A stretch of 64,000 nt of DNA, from NCBI RefSeq assembly GCF_001194135.2, contig NC_068985.1, positions 123,353,125 to 123,417,124 of the forward strand, given 5' to 3'. Numbering within the stretch: position 1 is the first letter of the stretch; every line of letters starts with the position of its first letter. Source of the DNA: Octopus bimaculoides (lineage: Eukaryota). The notes under the pieces are model-generated. The model did not search any database and had not been told where the DNA came from. It saw nothing but the letters and a program-made list of their open reading frames with translations. Positions 24,133 through 38,450 of the stretch are shown piece after piece. The position numbers and the translations under genes are program-made.

Positions 24133-24409
24133 GTTATTATTATTATTATTATTATTATTACATGTACGATATTAATTATCCTAATAAAAAATTCATCTCT
24201 AGCAGACGAGGTGTCCTGCACTGAAGAGAGGCAGAAATAACCCGAAAACAGACTGGTATGTTTGTCCTCTCGCTAGAAGGTGGTAAGAGTTCGTTCTTCT
24301 GCTCACAATATATCGGATGCAACTGCGCATCATTAACCAACTGGAGGAGATGTCCTCTTGGGGTTAAAAAACTGCAGTAAATTCCGCTCGAACGGAACAG
24401 ACGTGTTTA

Positions 24410-24565
24410 TTTCAGTTTCCGTCTCCCAAACCCTCTCACAAGGCTTTGATATGCGCGAAGCTATAGTATAGTAGTAGACAGTTGCCTAAAGTACCACGCA
24501 GTGGGACTGAACCCGGAACCATTTAGTTAGAAAGCAAGCTTCTTACCACACAGCCACACCTCTGC
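24410..24565 (-). mobile_element. SINE family 2, 5' part
   Basis: Reverse complement of ggcgtggctgtgtggtaagaagcttgct...ggttcagtcccactgcgtgg. Confidence 0.75.
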
Positions 24566-25243
24566 CTGAATGCACACATTTTAAAAAAATCTCACTTGTA
24601 AATAGTAGGATCAACTCGTAAATCAGTCAGAGGTAATCTTCATATAAATGAAATCTATCTGCAAATAAACCATAATATTCGTTTACTACTAAGAAAAGAA
24701 ATAATTATCAATTTTAATGGAAGAAAGAGCCATTTCTGACAATCATTTTATCATTAGTACTGCTATGGCAGAAGGGATTACAATATTGATTTAAAATAAT
24801 TATCTAAATAGGCAAAACAACTGCGAATGTTGCTAACTTTCAAAATGATTAGACATTATTTGTAATGACGCAACCGACTATCAACGGAGACAGAACTTCA
24901 TTATCGCTCTTTGTTCATCACCAACAGCAGGACCTAATAGAAATGAAAACATGAAAAGAAAGTATGTGCTAAAAGCTAATTGACAGTAATAAAGGTGTAA
25001 CTAAAGACGTCATCAATTCACAAGTACGCCGGCTCATGATTAATGTCACATGACAAGTATTACAGCTGACAGAAATTTATGCCTTATGGGGGTGTTGAAA
25101 ACAAATTATATTAAATTACCGTTTTAATCTTAAAGCTTAATCTGGTTTTATTTTTCATACGTTACGTGATGTTGACTTTTATTTTAAATGCCTGCTTTTC
25201 TCGTGTGCTGTCATGCCCTATTAGTTTTCAATTGTCATTTATG

Positions 25244-25288
<45 letters not shown>

Positions 25289-25527
25289 NNNNNNNNNNNN
25301 NNNNNNNNNNNNNNNNNNNNNNNNNNNNNNNNNNNNNNNNNNNNNNNNNNNNNNNNNNNNNNNNNNNNNNNNNNNNNNNNNNNNNNNNNNNNNNNNNNNN
25401 NNNNNNNNNNNNNNNNNNNNNNNNNNNNNNNNNNNNNNNNNNNNNNNNNNNNNNNNNNNNNNNNNNNNNNNNNNNNNNNNNNNNNNNNNNNNNNNNNNNN
25501 NNNNNNNNNNNNNNNNNNNNNNNNNNN

Positions 25528-25559
<32 letters not shown>

Positions 25560-25671
25560 TTGTTGGGCAAAATAATGGAAACACCACTTTTTATTTAACT
25601 ACTTCTTCTATTGGCATTATGACCAATTCGAAACTGTTATGGCTTGTATATTATGTATTCATACATCGTGG

Positions 25672-26049
25672 CACTCCGTCAGTTACGACGACGAGGGTTT
25701 CAGTTGATCCGATCAACGGAACAGCCTGATCGTAAAATTAACGTGCAAGTGGCTGAGCACTCCACAGACACGTGTACCCTTAATGTAGTTCTCGGGGAGA
25801 TTTAGCTTGATACAGAGTGTGACAGGGCTGGCCCTTTGAAATACAGGTACAACAGAAACAGAAAAAAAGAGTGAGAGAAAGTTGTGGTGAGAGAGTATAG
25901 CAGGGTTCGCCACCCCCTGTTTCCGGAGCCTTGTGGAGCTTTAGGTGTTTTCGTTCAATAAACACTCACAATGCCCGGTTTGGAAATCGAAACCACGATT
26001 CTACAACGGCGAGTCCTCTGCCCTAACCACTGGGCCATTGCGCCTCCAC
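25672..26049 (-). mobile_element. SINE family 3 (tRNA-derived)
   Basis: Head GTGGAGGCGCAATGGCCCAGTGGTTAGG with A-box and a GGTTTCGATT B-box-like motif. Confidence 0.7.
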
Positions 26050-26491
26050 ATTCATACATATGTACATCATGATATAGCCCTCTGTCTTTGTTTTGATTTT
26101 TTTTTGTTTTGTTGTTGGGTATTTTTTCACATTTATTTAAATAAGTTAGAATGCGCGACCTGTCTGATTTCCAAATGTAAACTGGTGGTGTGCAGATGAC
26201 TGGAGATTCACTGACTAATACTGCTGAACTGCTTAAAGTATCGAAAGGTATGGTCTCTACAATCCTTTGGACAAGTATTACATGTCATAGCGGAGTAAAG
26301 TTTGCTTGAGAATCAGTAGAAATTAATGTGTTTCTCTGAAATGATATCCGAGGATAGATGCGATTGTGGAACTCAGCTGCAATATTCTGAATTTAAGTAG
26401 AGTGGAATGTTTGACACAAGAATGTGAGGCTGTAGAAACTAACTGCAAAAAGCATTCTGCATTTTAATTTACAACACGTGTTGTTAGAATA

Positions 26492-26551
<60 letters not shown>

Positions 26552-29299
26552 AAGGTAATTATCTGGTACAGGATCTTCAAAGCGTGAAGGTAGGAAAAAC
26601 AGTCGCATATTTCTTCAGATATTGAAAATAAATCAGTCTTCCTTGCATAATCATTTGTAGTGCCAAAGGAATTGTGTGAAGATAGTATTTCTTCAAATAA
26701 TGAAGCATTTTTCAAATAATGAAGATTGATTTGTTTGCGTATATCCACCGGTGTGTTTGTCGGAAAATTCACTTATGAGCATGTGTAATTTTATACTTAG
26801 TTTGATATCAAAGATGAAGTTGATATAATGTTGAATCGAAAAATGGCGTATCAAAATTCAAATTGATATTTTTTTGGTAGCAAATGTGAATGTATCGCTA
26901 ACCTTTTCTATAAAACACCTGGAAAGAAGACTTTTCAATTGAGTTTGCTTCTGTAATTTTGTAATTTGAATATTTATAATTAACTGAAAGAAGAAAAAGT
27001 TGTATGAAGAACGTATTTGGTGAAGTTCATATGATATTAGATTAGTATCATAGTCGGTAAAAATTAAGATGAGAATCTTAAAATGGACGATACGTTATAG
27101 TTATCCATCTGCCGACTGAGACGTTCAATAGTTTGTAATCTCTCAGTGGTCTTGCCTTGCGCACAATGACAAAATATCCAAGTTCACTTCACCAAGGTTT
27201 CCAATGTTCCTCTAAATTCGTCACCTTATCTTTCTCTATGTTTAAGGTATATGACACTCTTATTGTTATTTTCTGACATATTGCATTATATTGTATTATT
27301 TAATTCAAAGTTCCACGACATCCTTAAGTATTGTTTAGAATGCGGTGACATCTCGGTTGGAAACTATTGACAAAAATAAATTCTATTCAATAAGACTTGG
27401 AATCCTCTGTAATTAATTCCTTACAAAAATATGAAGTCATTATTTTTTCTGTTGTTTTTTTTTTCTTTTGCAATTGGTTGTTATCGATTGAATCAAACCT
27501 TAGTTTGATAGATACTTTTTATCGATATTGGATTGATTAAAAGGTAAATTCAGCACCAGTATGATTTAAATTCTGAACAATAGAATCCAGTACTCCATGA
27601 TTTCACACCATCCTTTGTATTGTTCCGTGCAGCACAGGTTTTGTTAGAACACGATAGGAAATTATTGCTGTACACAATCTCAGGCTAAGGTCCTTCACTC
27701 ACCTCAATCATTCCACTCCAGTCCCTTGTAACTATTTAAGATAAACAGATCAGATGAGTTCAAGTTGAACTCATCCTGAGTAAGCATCCATGGTTAAGTA
27801 GACATTTTATTTAAAGAAAAATTACGAGAGATATGGCGGCAGCAATTACTAAACAAGGATAATAGTTTGTCTAACTTCTCTTTTACTTAACGAATTGTTT
27901 TACTGTTCGCATGTGGTTGTTGCGTTGTTGTTGTTTTGTTGTTGTTGCTGTTGTTGTTTTGTTGTTGTTGCTGTTGTTGTTGTTTGACCTCATGTCAGTC
28001 CTGGTCGATCAAACCTATTACCATCAAGTCCTTCTTATCCTATGCAAATATGGTGTGATTCAAGATTTAGTTACTATTTCTGGAATATCGAACTGCCACA
28101 TAGAGGCTCTCTCATGAGCTTTTCTTATTGGATCAGATGTGCATGTATACATGTGTGAGCGCGAGTATATCTGAGTGCGTCTGTATGTCTGCGTGTGAGG
28201 CAAAGTCATTTCACTTGCCTTCATTATTACAGTGCAGCCAGCTGCAATAGATTACATGTTAAGAGTACAAACAGCTGATGCATTATATAATTATGACTTT
28301 TCCGTAAACTTGCGGTATTAGTACAGATATTACCATAGATAAAGCCTACTATTGACACAAACTAACGAGGGAGCTCCTAAGCAGTCACTCAACCAGCTAG
28401 AAATAACATCTACATCTCTCTAAAATTACATCCTGGTCTCTTTAAAAAAGGACTCATTGAACAAAATAATCAAAGGTACACTATGTCAGGAAAGAACCTA
28501 ACTGTTCATGTGTGGAATGCTTGTAAATGTAGATCTACGCAGACCAGGTGCTAAACAACAAAAACACCATACTATAAACAGACATCGTATACATGGAAAA
28601 CGGTGTAGGTTAACAGATTAACGTCTTGAACCCTAAGTTAACCTCAAACTCAACAGATAATTTTTGTGTAAGTTTGGTGCATAGATAACTTCTGATAATG
28701 GCGTCAGATGAAGATAATTTACGACAAAATTAATCAAATATGAAAATTAATTCTGCTATAGACACAATGCCTTAAGTCTGAGGGAAGGAGACAATTAATG
28801 ACATCAACCTCAACACCCAACTGATTCTTATTTTATCGGCTCCGAATGGATGAACGACACGCTCAACCTCGGCGAAAGTTGAACACTGAACGTAAAGCCA
28901 GAAAAGTTGCCGCTCAGCACTTTGTCCGGCATGCTAACGATCTTATCAGCTCACCGCCTTTGATCAAATATGAAATGATAAAACGAAATATAGCAATAAA
29001 TGATAATGTATTATGTAAATTTGTTATGATTAAAGCTATGATTAAAGGCAGGAAGAATACCAGAAAGAAAGTCTTATAGTATTTAGTTACCTCTATGTAC
29101 ATTCTGAATTCAATTCGTATCAGCGGAAATTGAAAGCATTCAAAGCATTTGTTAGACAGCTACTAGATAAGTTCTTTGTTAAAGAATGACTGCTTTGCTT
29201 TGCATTTGCTAATAAACGGCCTGGATGTCTTCAACAGGATTTCATCCCCGTAGTGTGAATATTGTAAGCAATGCGAGAATTGGCAGCAAATTCAATGGA

Positions 29300-29800
29300 G
29301 AAGTTAGCTTCATGTGAAGGTGTACACCAAGGTTCTGTACTTAACACTGTTCTATGCATAACAGTTGTTGAGATGAAAGTACGAGGCGATTATCTTTATA
29401 AACAGATCACATGGTGCTCATTACCGAACAGCAACATCAGAATTTTGAAACCTGGAGTCTTATTTTTGAGATTAAGTTTAAACAACAAAGTAGTGTCTCT
29501 CGTAGGAGTAGTTAGTAGATCGTGCGTTCATGAAAATCTAACATGCGCATATGCGTTGAATGCGGAAAATTTGCAGAAGCTAGATATGTTAAGCTACGTG
29601 AATGGCTGGATATTAGATTCGACTGTTTAACGGTGTGCAGCAGAACGGGCTGCATTGTTAAGAATAGCTGATGCAAATATATGAATGGAGGGGAATGTGA
29701 CGATGGAGTGAGAGTTATGGCAGGAGAGTACCAGGAGGTTAATGAAAAGTGATGAGGTAGAACAAATCCCGCTTTATAGACGAGAAGATAACGAAGAGAT
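29300..29800 (+). mobile_element. Decayed RTE-like RT fragment
   Basis: GVHQGSVL motif followed by frameshifted RT-like sequence. Confidence 0.5.
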
Positions 29801-31145
29801 GAGTAGCTATGAGCTCTATGACAGACATATCAAACCCATGACAAAACGGAGATGATTAAATGAGATTAAAATTTGATTGTACGTGTGTATTTCAGTGTGT
29901 ACGTGTTCTGCTGTTTCTTTATGTATGTATATGAATGAGAGTGCATGTATGTATGTGTAATGTTTGCACCGTAGATTAGTGCTCATAAATAACTTATAGT
30001 TGTATATTAACCGCAAATACACAATGTGTGTACCAATGCCTTATCGAAAATTTCTATCAGTAACCTTGTCTTCATTGTGTCACTCATACTTCCTGTGCTG
30101 GTCATTCGAGAAAAGCGATATATGTGTGTATTTCAGTGTGCTTACCTGTGTATATGAGTATATGAGTGTATGCCTGTGCCTGTGTGTGCATGTGTGTGTG
30201 TTCATATATACGTTCAGATATAAATACTAATGTTTTGAAGCAGTAATAAAATGTTGTGGTGATGTATACTTGGAAACTGAAGAATCTGCCATTTCCATTC
30301 AGTTTACTTACTCAGATAAGCTATCAATTAACGATTTACTCGATATTATATGACCAGCGCCTGCTAAAATGCTAAAGAAAGAAAACGAACAATATGGCTG
30401 GTGAAAACAAGAAATAATAAAAGAATACACAGTGTTTACGCTTCCCCTCTAATTGATGTATGTGGCATTTCTGTTAGCAAGAAGAAAATCAATAAAAGCG
30501 TTTTGTGGCTACAAATGATGAAGGAAAGGATAAGCTAATAAATTTCTTATTGCCATTGTTTTGTAGGAAAATTTTACTGCTTAGTCAAGGAAGGATGAGA
30601 AATGCTCATGATTTTCAAGTTTTTTATCTTTTCCTTGATTAGAAAATAGATAGAAGGGAAATATCCTCAAACCGGAGACTAACAACAGAGTGAACTCTAG
30701 AAAAGATACCTAAGTATTAGATAGTGGTGGGTAAACCGGGATACGAATTAAGTCTACCATCCAAGAACTCGGAACACAAAAAGCCGGAATAAATACTGCT
30801 CCAGAATTTTTGTCTGTCTGCTTAGCTTGGCAGGTAATTTATTTCATCGGTCCCAAAAGAAAGAGTTCACCTCAGTGGGATTTGAACTCAGAGAGCAGAC
30901 AGCTGAACAAATACCATTAGATATTTAGTCTCACTCTCTAACGACTGTCACATCATTTGTAGGTTTTTTAACAGATTTATGATATGAAGTAAAGATCGTG
31001 GATGGTCTCGTCGACTGGATATTGAACAGCTAAAACAGTAATTGATGGTTCGTATCATATTATTGGTGATGCGTTGTCTTTTTGGCCAAGCACTTAACCT
31101 TCATAGAACAAGTTCTACATATCACTGTGTTCATTGACTAAACTG

Positions 31146-31196
<51 letters not shown>

Positions 31197-31769
31197 ATAT
31201 ACTTTATTATTAAAGCTGCAAAAGCATCACATAATGGTATTAAACCGGGCCATGAATTACATCTTTCAAATACACCAGGACGAGATTTGAAATAGAAGAG
31301 AGGTTTAGACAATGAAGGGATTGTTAAGGATGATATTACAAAGAATAAGTGCAGCACCTCAACAATCGTAACAATCAAATAACAACACAATATATACCTC
31401 AGACATTGAACAACTGGAAAACACAACCAACTGAATAAATAGCAAATTTCTGGTTAAAATATTTAACAGTCATACAAAGTGCTTATGAAAACGTAAGGCT
31501 TAGGATTTTCGGGGTATTGAATTCGCGATCATTAGGTTGTATGTTCGATTTTCGAAACAAATGCAGAATTGTATTCTTGAGCAAAAGACTTCATTTCATA
31601 TCACTTCAGCCAACTCAACTGAAAATGAATACCAGTAGTATTCTGGGGTTTATTCCTGTGACGGATTGACGTCCCGTTTAGAGGAGATTCTTCAACTCTT
31701 TGTACTTAAACATCACAAAACCGGTTAAGCTCTGATTTAATGGGTTTGTTGGCTCAAAACAGACTTTAA

Positions 31770-32120
31770 CTAAAATATTTAATGCTTTATTGAAAGATCC
31801 AGGAATAATATCTGAATTATTCACAGCGGATAAAACAATCTTAATCTCCAATACTACAAATATAACTAGAAAACCCAAAAACCCATACCTTGCCCTTCTA
31901 CACTATACAAAAGACCACATGGTAAGCATCAACTCGCTACCAGAACAGAATATTCTGAAAAACTCGTATGGCCAGAAGGATCAATTTCTGTTTAAAAAAG
32001 CTGTCATCAGACTGTAAAAGGAGGTAAAAAAAATTAGTATAGCGAATATTGGATGTCTTTTGACAATATTCCTCACATGTGGACTGTGGAAGCATTTGCA
32101 TAAGGCAGCACTTTTTTTCT
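31770..32120 (+). mobile_element. Decayed R4/Dong RT fragment
   Basis: NSLPEQ..KNSYGQKDQFLFKKAV resembles LPxEQKG..SYGCKDQLLINK. Confidence 0.55.
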
Positions 32121-32127
32121 ACTCTAG

Positions 32128-32313
32128 ACACTAGGCCCGAAATTTAGGGGGAGGGGCCAGTCGATTAGATCAACCCCAGTACGCAACTAGTACTTAATTT
32201 ATCGACCCAGAAAGGTTGAAAGGCAAAGTCGACCTCGGCGGAATTTGAACTCAGACAGACGAAATACCGCTAAGCAGTTTGCCCAGCGTGCTAACGTTTC
32301 TGCCAGTTCGCCG
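32128..32313 (-). mobile_element. SINE family 1, well preserved, followed by (GA)n at 32385-32472
   Basis: Close match to the family core. Confidence 0.9.
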
Positions 32314-32380
32314 TCTAAAAGCATTGATAACAAGCAGGTACATCAAGCATACTCAGAATGAATGTCAAGCAATTCCTCAA

Positions 32381-32473
<93 letters not shown>

Positions 32474-32938
32474 AATATGAAAAAGATGTTCATTCCTATC
32501 AAAAGAGAAATATTTCCAATGTTTCTGATACTCTCTTCATTTCTCAATTCATACTTTTCTGCTTGACGTCAACAAACATGCTAAAGCAGATTGGATTCGA
32601 ATATAAATGCTGTAGACGTACAATCAGACATCGTTTGTATAGGGTCGACTCCTAATTTGTACGCTGCAGATGTTTACAAATAGAATCCTTATTACAGACT
32701 AAGAAATTTACATCAAATTCGGTTTACAAAAATGTGCCTAGGCAAACTTGTAGAATGGAAAATTAATAAAATACTAATGGTATCTTGAAAGAAATGCTAT
32801 AGAAATAGAAATAAGAGAATTATAGCAATAACAGGCTGACAAATACGTAGAAAATAATGAACTAGATAGAGCATAATGCAAAAAATGAAATATAAGAGTT
32901 TAGGAATGAATATGAAAGATGCACTACTAACTAGTTAA

Positions 32939-35315
32939 CCTTCTCTCTCCCAATGGGTCCAATAGCTTCAGTTTTTTTAGTTGCTATTTCCTACTGTTTA
33001 TATTATTTGATTCTGCTGAATTCTCGTAACTCATATTGTTTTTTACTCTCTTTTATTTGTCAAATGGAAAATTTTCCGTATGTTTATAAAAGCTACAAAA
33101 TTTCACCTTATACATTAATTACCGCATGGGTCCATTAGACCCTCGAATTAAATTCAGACAATACTCTTGCCATTCTAAACAATATTATTTTCCAAGATAT
33201 AAAATAGATATATCAGATATAAAATAGATAAAATTGTATTCAATTTACTTGCTGAATTTTAGATAAAATAGGAAAAATTATGAAAATATTCTTGTAAATT
33301 TGTGTGTTATTGCATCACCTTCAATCTGCTAGGTTATAGGGGGATGCAATATTCCTATGTGATGACACAATTCTTACAATATAGTGCATCATCTTTCAGG
33401 AGAGTATAGATATGAGAGAGATCAATATCTGCCTTTAGTCTGCTATCAAGTTTCATATAGTTCAGTTGTGTTTTTCAATATGCCTAGATTCGAAAACTTG
33501 AGTGAAGACCAAATATCGAAAAGGTTATTGGAATTAGATGAAGAATTGGAAGAAGATAGTAGTGATTCCTTCTATTGCTCTGAAGATGATGGTGAAAGTG
33601 ATTGTGTGCTGGACAGTTTAGGTTCTGTGTCATCAGATGATGAAGATACTCAAAAACAATTATCTGCAAGCCACCCAGTTATGCATGAACGAAGCTATAT
33701 GCTTCTAGAGACAGACAAGAAGTATGGCATTTTAATCATCTTACTCAAGCAGCAGTAAGAACTTCATCTTGCAGTGTTGTGTGCCAACAATGTGGACCTT
33801 CTCCTTTTGATAAAAGGTCTTGCGATAGCATTGAAACATGTTTTACTATCTTTATGCGCCAGAATTTTCTTGAAGTAATTCGTAACTGGAAAAATGTTGA
33901 AGGCCAGGTTGTTTACAAAGATAAATGGAAGGAAATTGATCACTCTGAACTGAAGAAATTTTTTGGACTGATTATTCTTATAGGTGTTACAGTTGTGGAG
34001 CCAAGAAGATGGCCGCCCAATATTCAACAAAATTATGATCCGGGGAAGTTTTCAACAGATTTTATTGTGCTTTGATGATGTTAGTGTAAGAAGAAAAAAG
34101 AGAAATGATAAATTGGTATTTGAAATGTCGAATCATAATTTGCAAGATGGATATGTTCCAAGTTCATGCATGACAGTTGATGAACAATCAGTTTCATTCG
34201 GAGGGCGCTGCCCATTCCAGATATTCATTCCTTCAAAACCATGGAAATATGGAATTAAAATTTGGGCAATGTGCGAAAGTGAAACATCTCATGCCTGGAA
34301 AATGCAAATCTACACTGGAAAAGACCCAGTAAAAGTTAGAGAGACAAGTCAAGGTTCAGGAGTTGTTGAAGACCTAGTAAAAGAACTTGAAAATACTGGT
34401 TGCAATATAATTTGTGATAATTTTTTTACAAGTCTAGGATTGGCTCGAAAGCTGTTTAGCGAGAAAACTCTTTCAGCTGGAACAATTAGAAAGAAAAGAG
34501 TTGAACTTCCAAGTACTTTCACAAATGGATAAAAAAGAGAAATCAACAGCACAATATTTGGATTTCAAAAGGATTCTATGATCCTATCTTATTGTCCCAA
34601 GGAAAATTATGGAGTCACACTTATGAGTACAATGTACTCTCAGCCTTCAATTGATTCAAAAAGGGCTGAAAAGAAATCTGAAGTTATTACATATGTTACA
34701 ACAAAACAAAAGGAGGAGTAGATACCCTAGATAAGATGGTAAGGATATACACTTGCAAAAGAATGACTCGAAGATGGCCTATGGTTATATTCTGCAACAT
34801 GATTGATATAAGTGCAGTGAATGCTTGCAGAGTTTCAAGGATAAAAGAAGACAGTGCTTAATTCAGTTAGGAAAGGAACATGCTGAAGTGAATGCTAAAC
34901 AAGAACATGACAAACAATCTTCTAGTTCCGCTAATATTTCTCAACCAAACAAGAAAAGAAGATGATCTTCAACTTCATTTAAGATTCTTCAGCCAAAGTA
35001 AAAAGGAAGATGTTCTTTGTGTGGTCAAAAAAAAAAAAAAAAAAAAAGACAGGAAAACTCGGACTACATGTAAGAATTGTAATATCCATGTTTGCCAAGA
35101 ACATTCTAATGTTATTTGCATTCACTGCCATGAAGAGCTGTAATTCTGTACTTTTGTAATTTTTCTTAATTTATAATATATTCTGTAAGCTATAATTCGT
35201 TATTCACCTGATAGCATATATAATGTAGCAAAGAAATAGTAGTAGCATGAATAAAATTTAATTAAAAGAAAAATATTGGGTCCATTGAACCCAGTTGGTA
35301 ATTAGTGATGTACAT
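32939..35315 (+). mobile_element. Decayed piggyBac transposon with fragmented transposase (~33480-35143)
   Basis: TTAA-CC left end at 32935-32940. Motifs TVDEQ, KYGIK, CDNFFTS, GGVDTLD and C-terminal CKNC..VCQEH..ICIHC. Multiple frameshifts. Right end is approximate. Confidence 0.85.
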
Positions 35316-35479
35316 TTTCTCACATGATTCTGCTCAGGCCAGTGACCTAATCGGAATACATACCCTTTCATTAATCCAGTCTTCCTTTCCGGAAATAACA
35401 GGGGTCTATATAGGGATGACGCCTTATTTTTTCTAAACAGAAGTAGTAAAATACAGTTAGAAAGGCATGGGGAAAATTT

Positions 35480-36325
35480 CTTTAGACTTTTCAAAAATTT
35501 AGGACTAAATATTACTAGAGGTAAAGATTATCGTAGAGTGAATTTTCTTGACGCTACCTTCCGTCTTGATTCTGGATTATTTGAACCATTTCATAAGCTG
35601 AATGATCATATTAAGTACATTAACGTATCATCCAACCATCCACCCTCGATTATACGGGGCCTAGTTAAGAATATTTCTACTAGAATCTCTAGATTATCTG
35701 CTAACAATAAACTTTTCGAATTTCATGCATCTTATTATAATGATGTTGTAGCTAGGGCTGGGTACCGTGATAAAATTCAGTATATACAAGAAGCAGGCAT
35801 AAGCAACACTGGTAATTCCTACAACTGCGATGCACATCGTATACCATCACAACGTTACCGTTTGAGAAATTACTCGGATAAAGAATACAGACCAGAAAGA
35901 ATTGATTATGTCAATGGACTACCAACGAAAACTCAGACACATGCGATATAGTAGTTCAACTGCTTGTTCCAATCCTGTACAACACACTCGATCAAATAAA
36001 CCAAACAATATATATAGGAATCGGGATGTCGGTTGGTTCAACCCAATTTTCGGTTTGCATGTTTCAACAAGGATCGCTGGAAAATTTTTTGCTGCTTTGG
36101 ACAAGTATTTTCCTAAATCTAATCGGCATCATGCTATTTTTAATCGTCACACCATGAAGGTATCCTACGCCAACTCTGCTAATTTATAGCATCTTATGCA
36201 TCGCATAAGCTATAGTAAAATGCGACAAAGGTTCAATAACCCACCTACTGGATCTAGCAAACATTTGCATCTAAATATCAATCAAGATGTAAACCGCATT
36301 GATAAACATCAACTTCGACCAATTT

Positions 36326-36375
<50 letters not shown>

Positions 36376-37200
36376 CATAGTACAGCTAGCACGATAACAA
36401 CGCCGGTAAATTGAGTCGGGACTGCCTTACATACAAATAAATACGATAAATGCTCACGCAGAGATAAATCAAAATGTCCTTTGATGAATCTTTGTATGAG
36501 TACAAATCTTGTATATAAATGTACCGTCCACAGAAGGGGAGGGCTCTATGTTTACATTGGGCAGACGGCTGATTCATTTAAGAATCGTTATCGTAACCAT
36601 GTTGCCAGCTTTAAGTCAATCAATAAGAGACATTCAGCATCTTTGGCAGATTTTATATGGCGACTGAAGGAGGGTTAAACGAAGTGCAACATTAATTGGT
36701 CCATAGTTAGACATGCAAAACCATACAATATAATTTCCAGGCGATGCCGTCTCTGCTCCGAGGAATCTCTATCTATTCTGTGGACTAACGAGAAGATACT
36801 TAATAGAATTTCTGAATGACTCTCGAGATGCCCACACCCATATAAATGTATTTTTGCACAATGCAGTGAGAATGAATTTTGAGTAACCGTTAGATTGGTG
36901 TAATTTAATTTACTTTAAGGTATGAATTAAGTTTATTTTTAACCTCCCCATTCTTATAAACACCAAGTAAATAACTAACTCGCTTTGTGATCATGAGTGC
37001 ACCAAACCTCACGTGTGCCTATGCTCACATTTTGCGGTTGCTTGTATGAGCGAGTGTACTCGCGTTATGCAGCTTGCCCGAGGGCGTTTTATACATCCAT
37101 ATCTGTTAACGGTTATTTTCAATTCTTTTCTCTCTAGATTACGTGTTCGTTTCTCTTTTTATCATTTGCAATTTTAGTTTTGATCTTTTATTTTTGATCT
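35480..37200 (+). mobile_element. Penelope-like element, RT C-terminus plus GIY-YIG endonuclease, 5' truncated
   Basis: NFLDATF, YINVSSNHPPSI, WFNP, and NLVYKC..YVYIGQTADSFKNRYRNH. Interrupted by (AGT)n. Confidence 0.9.
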
Positions 37201-37466
37201 ATATATATATGAAGATTTCCCCTCCGTCTGGTTGTTTTTCTCTCTACAAAACAGAAAGTTACATTATGGAACAGCCTGAAAACCTATAACTTAGCAGTTC
37301 GGCAAAAGAAGCCAATAGTATAAGTACCAGGCTTACAAAACAAGCAGAAAATAATGATAATAAGTACTGAGGTCAATTCATCTGACTAAAAATTCTTCAA
37401 GGTGATGCCCCAGCATGACCGCAATCTAATGACTGAAACAAGTAAGAGATAAAAGATAAACAATTA

Positions 37467-37628
37467 GGCGCAGGAGTGGCTGTGTGGTAAGTAGCTTGCT
37501 TACTAACCACATGGTTCCAGGTTCAGTCCCACTGCATGACATATTCAGCAATTGTCTGCTACCATAGCCTCTGGTCAAGCAACGCCTGGTGAGTGGATTT
37601 GGTAGACGGAAACTGAAAGATGTCCGTC

Positions 37629-37662
<34 letters not shown>

Positions 37663-38112
37663 NNNNNNNNNNNNNNNNNNNNNNNNNNNNNNNNNNNNNN
37701 NNNNNNNNNNNNNNNNNNNNNNNNNNNNNNNNNNNNNNNNNNNNNNNNNNNNNNNNNNNNNNNNNNNNNNNNNNNNNNNNNNNNNNNNNNNNNNNNNNNN
37801 NNNNNNNNNNNNNNNNNNNNNNNNNNNNNNNNNNNNNNNNNNNNNNNNNNNNNNNNNNNNNNNNNNNNNNNNNNNNNNNNNNNNNNNNNNNTGTGTGTAT
37901 GTATGTATGTATGTATGTATTTGTATTCTGTATTTGTCCCGCCGCCACCATCGCTTGACAACTAACGTTGGTGCGTTTACATTCCCGTAACTTAGCGGTT
38001 CGACAAAACAGACCGATAGAATAAGTACTAGACTTACAAAGAATAAGACCTGGAGTCGATTTGTTCGACTAAAGGCGGTGCTTCAGCATGGCCGCAGTCA
38101 AATGACTAAAAC
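37467..38112 (+). mobile_element. SINE family 2 with an internal microsatellite and gap
   Basis: Head ggcgcaggagtggctgtgtggtaag through tail cagcatggccgcagtcaaatgac. Confidence 0.9.
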
Positions 38113-38189
38113 AGATAAAAGAGTAAAATAGAGAATTATAAAATATCCACAGAAAAGAAATGGAATGAGCATACACTTCAATAGGTCCA

Positions 38190-38450
38190 AGAATATAACA
38201 AAGCGTCCATATTCTGGAAGAAGATAATTCATGCACAAAAAGAGATTAAGGTTAATCATCCAGATAGTACTGCCAAAGACTATCAGGATAAGGAATGTCT
38301 TCTCGATATATCACTTTTGACAAATGATAATATAGCATTTCAGAAAGAAATTCAGTTTAGATCTAGAGAAATAGAGATAGCCAGAATGTAGAGATTAAAA
38401 GACAGAAATGATCCTCCAAACAATAGGAGATATTATAAAATAGAATGCAA
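38190..38450 (+). mobile_element. Decayed R4/Dong RLE fragment
   Basis: IKVNHPDSTAKD..KECLLDISL..DNI resembles I.ANRPDIV..IDISIPxDxN. Confidence 0.55.

Noticed and set aside
26464-26772. 102-aa minus-strand ORF as an exon
   Set aside because: No recognisable domain or convincing splice sites, and it ends in a microsatellite.
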